Below are positions 17,823 through 19,047 of a stretch of DNA of 19,047 nucleotides, in pieces (the stretch's first letter is position 1; each line of letters begins with the position of its first letter). Origin of the DNA: a bacterium (GTDB lineage: Bacteria; RBG-13-61-14; DATKZS01). Position numbers and translations under genes: made by a program. The stretch spans positions 1 through 19,047 of the forward strand of contig JAWOBU010000266.1 in assembly GCA_046484135.1 (NCBI GenBank), in the 5' to 3' direction. The notes beneath the pieces are model-generated. The model had not been told where the DNA came from. It did no database searches and saw nothing but the letters and a program-made list of their open reading frames with translations.

Positions 17823-18046
17823 CTTGGGAAGCGATTTTTTATTTTGGAGAAAATCTCGTCTCCCGGAATGGATTTAACGCGCCCGGCTCGCAGTTCGGCA
17901 AGACGTTTTTCGGCTGTCTTTACCCAGGCTTGATCAATATCCGGGTCCGGCGCGTTGATAGTGCGCAGCAACGAGTCAACTATCTTAACGCGCTCTTCCA
18001 CCGGAAGTTGGGAAGCCTCGCGAATAAGGTCATTTATTTTATGCAT
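17819..18046 (-). CDS. Putative addiction-module antitoxin (TIGR02574 / Unstab_antitox type)
   Basis: Start moved to ATG 18046 after SD GGGAGGAG. 75 aa with LPVEERVKIVDSLLRTI...IDQAW...AEKRLAELRAGRVKSIPGDEIF. Confidence 0.88.
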   Translation of the reverse strand: MHKINDLIREASQLPVEERVKIVDSLLRTINAPDPDIDQAWVKTAEKRLAELRAGRVKSIPGDEIFSKIKNRFPR

Positions 18047-18124
18047 TCGGCTCCTCCCTTCAACTCGTTCAATATTTAGTGCCCGTTGCGAAATTGAGGT
18101 TTTGCTGACATCTTGGCGCCATCT

Positions 18125-18318
18125 TGGACTGCGGTGGCTTGCCTGTGCGTTCCGCACGCAGACAGGCTTGCTGCCGCTTTATCCGTCCGGAAGCTTGCTT
18201 CCCGGCACAGCTAGGCCGACTATTCACATCATTAGAGGCGGAAACGTTTGCAAAGAGCCGCAGTTGCCGCCCCGGCAAGCCGGGGCTTACGAAAGCGCAA
18301 GCAAGCGTGCGCAATCCA
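18125..18318. repeat. REP-like composite unit: inverted pair of 27-bp palindromic repeats plus two inner hairpins
   Basis: Left repeat TGGACTGCGGTGGCTTG[25-bp insert+CTTG]CTGCCGCTTT. Right repeat (18292-18318) reverse-complements to TGGATTGCGCACGCTTGCTTGCGCTTT. Inner hairpins are GGAAGC-tt-GCTTCC (18189-18202) and GCCCCGGC-aa-GCCGGGGC (18269-18286). Confidence 0.7.
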
Positions 18319-18510
18319 GTAACGAAATTTTCGCATAACCAACAGGCAATAATCTTCTATCTTTTATAAGATGATCATGGAATCATAACTGTATGTCAAG
18401 GAACATGGATGTATCCAATTCGCGTGCTGTCATATTTTCTTATTCCCCGTTGCCTGGACTCGAAAATTTTAATGAGACAAAGCTCAAGCAAGATGACTTG
18501 AAGCAAAGCA

Positions 18511-19047
18511 CTACCTGCCCGCGGCTTCTTTCAACCTTTCGTAAAAAACGTAGTCGCCTCTGGGAATGCCGGCGAGCTTTACGTCCGGCTTTCGGTCCTT
18601 GCCGTGGAAGTCGCTTCCCGCGGTTATGAGCACGTTTCGGTCTTGCGCCAGTTTCAGCCAGCTTTCGGTGAGGGCCTTGTCATGATAGGATGAGTACACC
18701 TCGAGGCCCTGAACTCCCGCGTCAATTAGCTCGTGGGCGTACTCGGGCGGCGTGTCCGACGGATGGGCAAGCACGGGCACGCCGTTCATTTGTTTGATCT
18801 TTTCCATGGCTTTGACGGTGGGCTGGGCTTCCAGGGGCACGAAAGCGGGCCTGCCGCTTTTCAGCCAGTCCAGGTAGAAGTTCAAAAACGGCGAGCCGGA
18901 GCGGGAGCCGCTTATATACTCCTTGACCCGCGGGTCTTTCAGGTTCTCCTCGTGCTCCTGTAAAGCCCGCATGTACTCGACCCCGTAGGGAAGCCTTCCG
19001 CCGGAGAGCCGGAGCAGGCTGTCGAAGTCAATCACAAAGCCCTGTTC
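18511..19047 (-). CDS. PHP-domain (TrpH/YciV-like) phosphoesterase, 5'-truncated
   Basis: Open to the window edge. Motifs GVPVLAHP, GVQGLEVYSSYH and ITAGSDFHG. Confidence 0.9.
   Translation of the reverse strand, partial: EQGFVIDFDSLLRLSGGRLPYGVEYMRALQEHEENLKDPRVKEYISGSRSGSPFLNFYLDWLKSGRPAFVPLEAQPTVKAMEKIKQMNGVPVLAHPSDTPPEYAHELIDAGVQGLEVYSSYHDKALTESWLKLAQDRNVLITAGSDFHGKDRKPDVKLAGIPRGDYVFYERLKEAAGR

Noticed and set aside
18047..18157. N-terminal extension of the antitoxin in the ORF track (112 aa)
   Set aside because: The extension starts inside the REP-like unit. The strong SD precedes ATG 18046 and gives a family-typical 75 aa.
18100..18330. tRNA or CRISPR array in the hairpin-rich region
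   Set aside because: No cloverleaf with T-loop and CCA, and no regularly spaced direct repeats. The repeats are inverted.

Overview
GC-rich bacterial chromosome segment, probably from a deltaproteobacterium-like organism (inferred from the 64H-type chemoreceptor, NtrY-type kinase, DUF2378-like protein and System II CcsA). It contains the replication-initiation locus: dnaA and dnaN on the minus strand, with DnaA-box clusters on both sides of dnaA, so probably oriC. The usual neighbours (rpmH, recF, gyrB) are absent. Downstream of dnaN is a tight six-gene minus-strand operon: NtrY-like kinase, lipB, small membrane protein, long MCP, DUF2378/V4R-like protein and YfhO-family protein. It converges on a J-like/TPR gene. 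On the other side are ccsA/resC, an ADP-forming acyl-CoA synthetase alpha-type gene, a TIGR02574-RelE/ParE toxin-antitoxin pair and a partial PHP-domain gene. The most notable unannotated structure is non-coding. There are two diverged, oppositely oriented copies of a ~275 bp MITE-like element, one with terminal inverted repeats and a 9-bp target duplication. There is also a second ~290 bp inverted-repeat element, and a symmetric four-hairpin REP-like unit carrying a nested 25-bp hairpin insertion with a 4-bp duplication.
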